Below are positions 34,128 through 34,129 of a stretch of 34,129 nt of DNA, in pieces; the stretch's first letter is position 1; every line of letters begins with the position of its first letter. Source of the DNA: a virus (lineage: Duplodnaviria; Caudoviricetes); IMG/VR virus record IMGVR_UViG_3300020044_001318, positions 1 to 34,129 of that record. One strand, given 5' to 3'. The notes under the pieces were generated by a model. The model searched no databases. It worked only from the letters and a program-made list of their open reading frames with translations, and was not told where the DNA came from. The translations under genes and the position numbers were made by a program.

Positions 34128-34129
34128 GC

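Noticed and set aside
1-34129. Alternative genetic code, introns/inteins, tRNA genes
   Set aside because: Core genes (terL, portal, primase-helicase, helicase) are intact at normal lengths under the standard code, and I saw no tRNA-like cloverleaf in the short intergenic gaps.

Overview
This window is a nearly complete, circularly permuted genome of a small dsDNA tailed phage with a P22-like podoviral head and tail. It begins inside the scaffolding-protein gene (N-terminus at 75, minus strand) and ends inside the major capsid gene, so probably only about 1 kb joining the two ends is missing. The minus strand carries the Cro-like regulator, primase-helicase, an iteron/palindrome origin, a RusA-like nuclease, terS, terL, portal, fibre genes, capsid, gp4/gp10/gp26-like tail parts, three DNA-ejection proteins and the lysis genes. 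The plus strand (14.1-21.6 kb) carries the early genes, including a Sak4-like ATPase, a DUF669 SSB, a Cas4-like nuclease and a RadD-like helicase. I saw no integrase, CI repressor, DNA polymerase, tRNA or CRISPR array. The most notable feature is a cassette between terS and terL. It consists of a 489-aa protein that shares an N-x-LAP/NQN-x-L motif with the ejection proteins, opposed tail-to-tail by a 68-aa antisense gene. That small gene has its own apparently leaderless promoter carrying the same 17-bp operator (TCTAGC-N5-GCTAGA) as the early promoters, making the pair a candidate virion-delivered effector plus antidote. All family assignments come from motif recognition by eye; no database searches were run.
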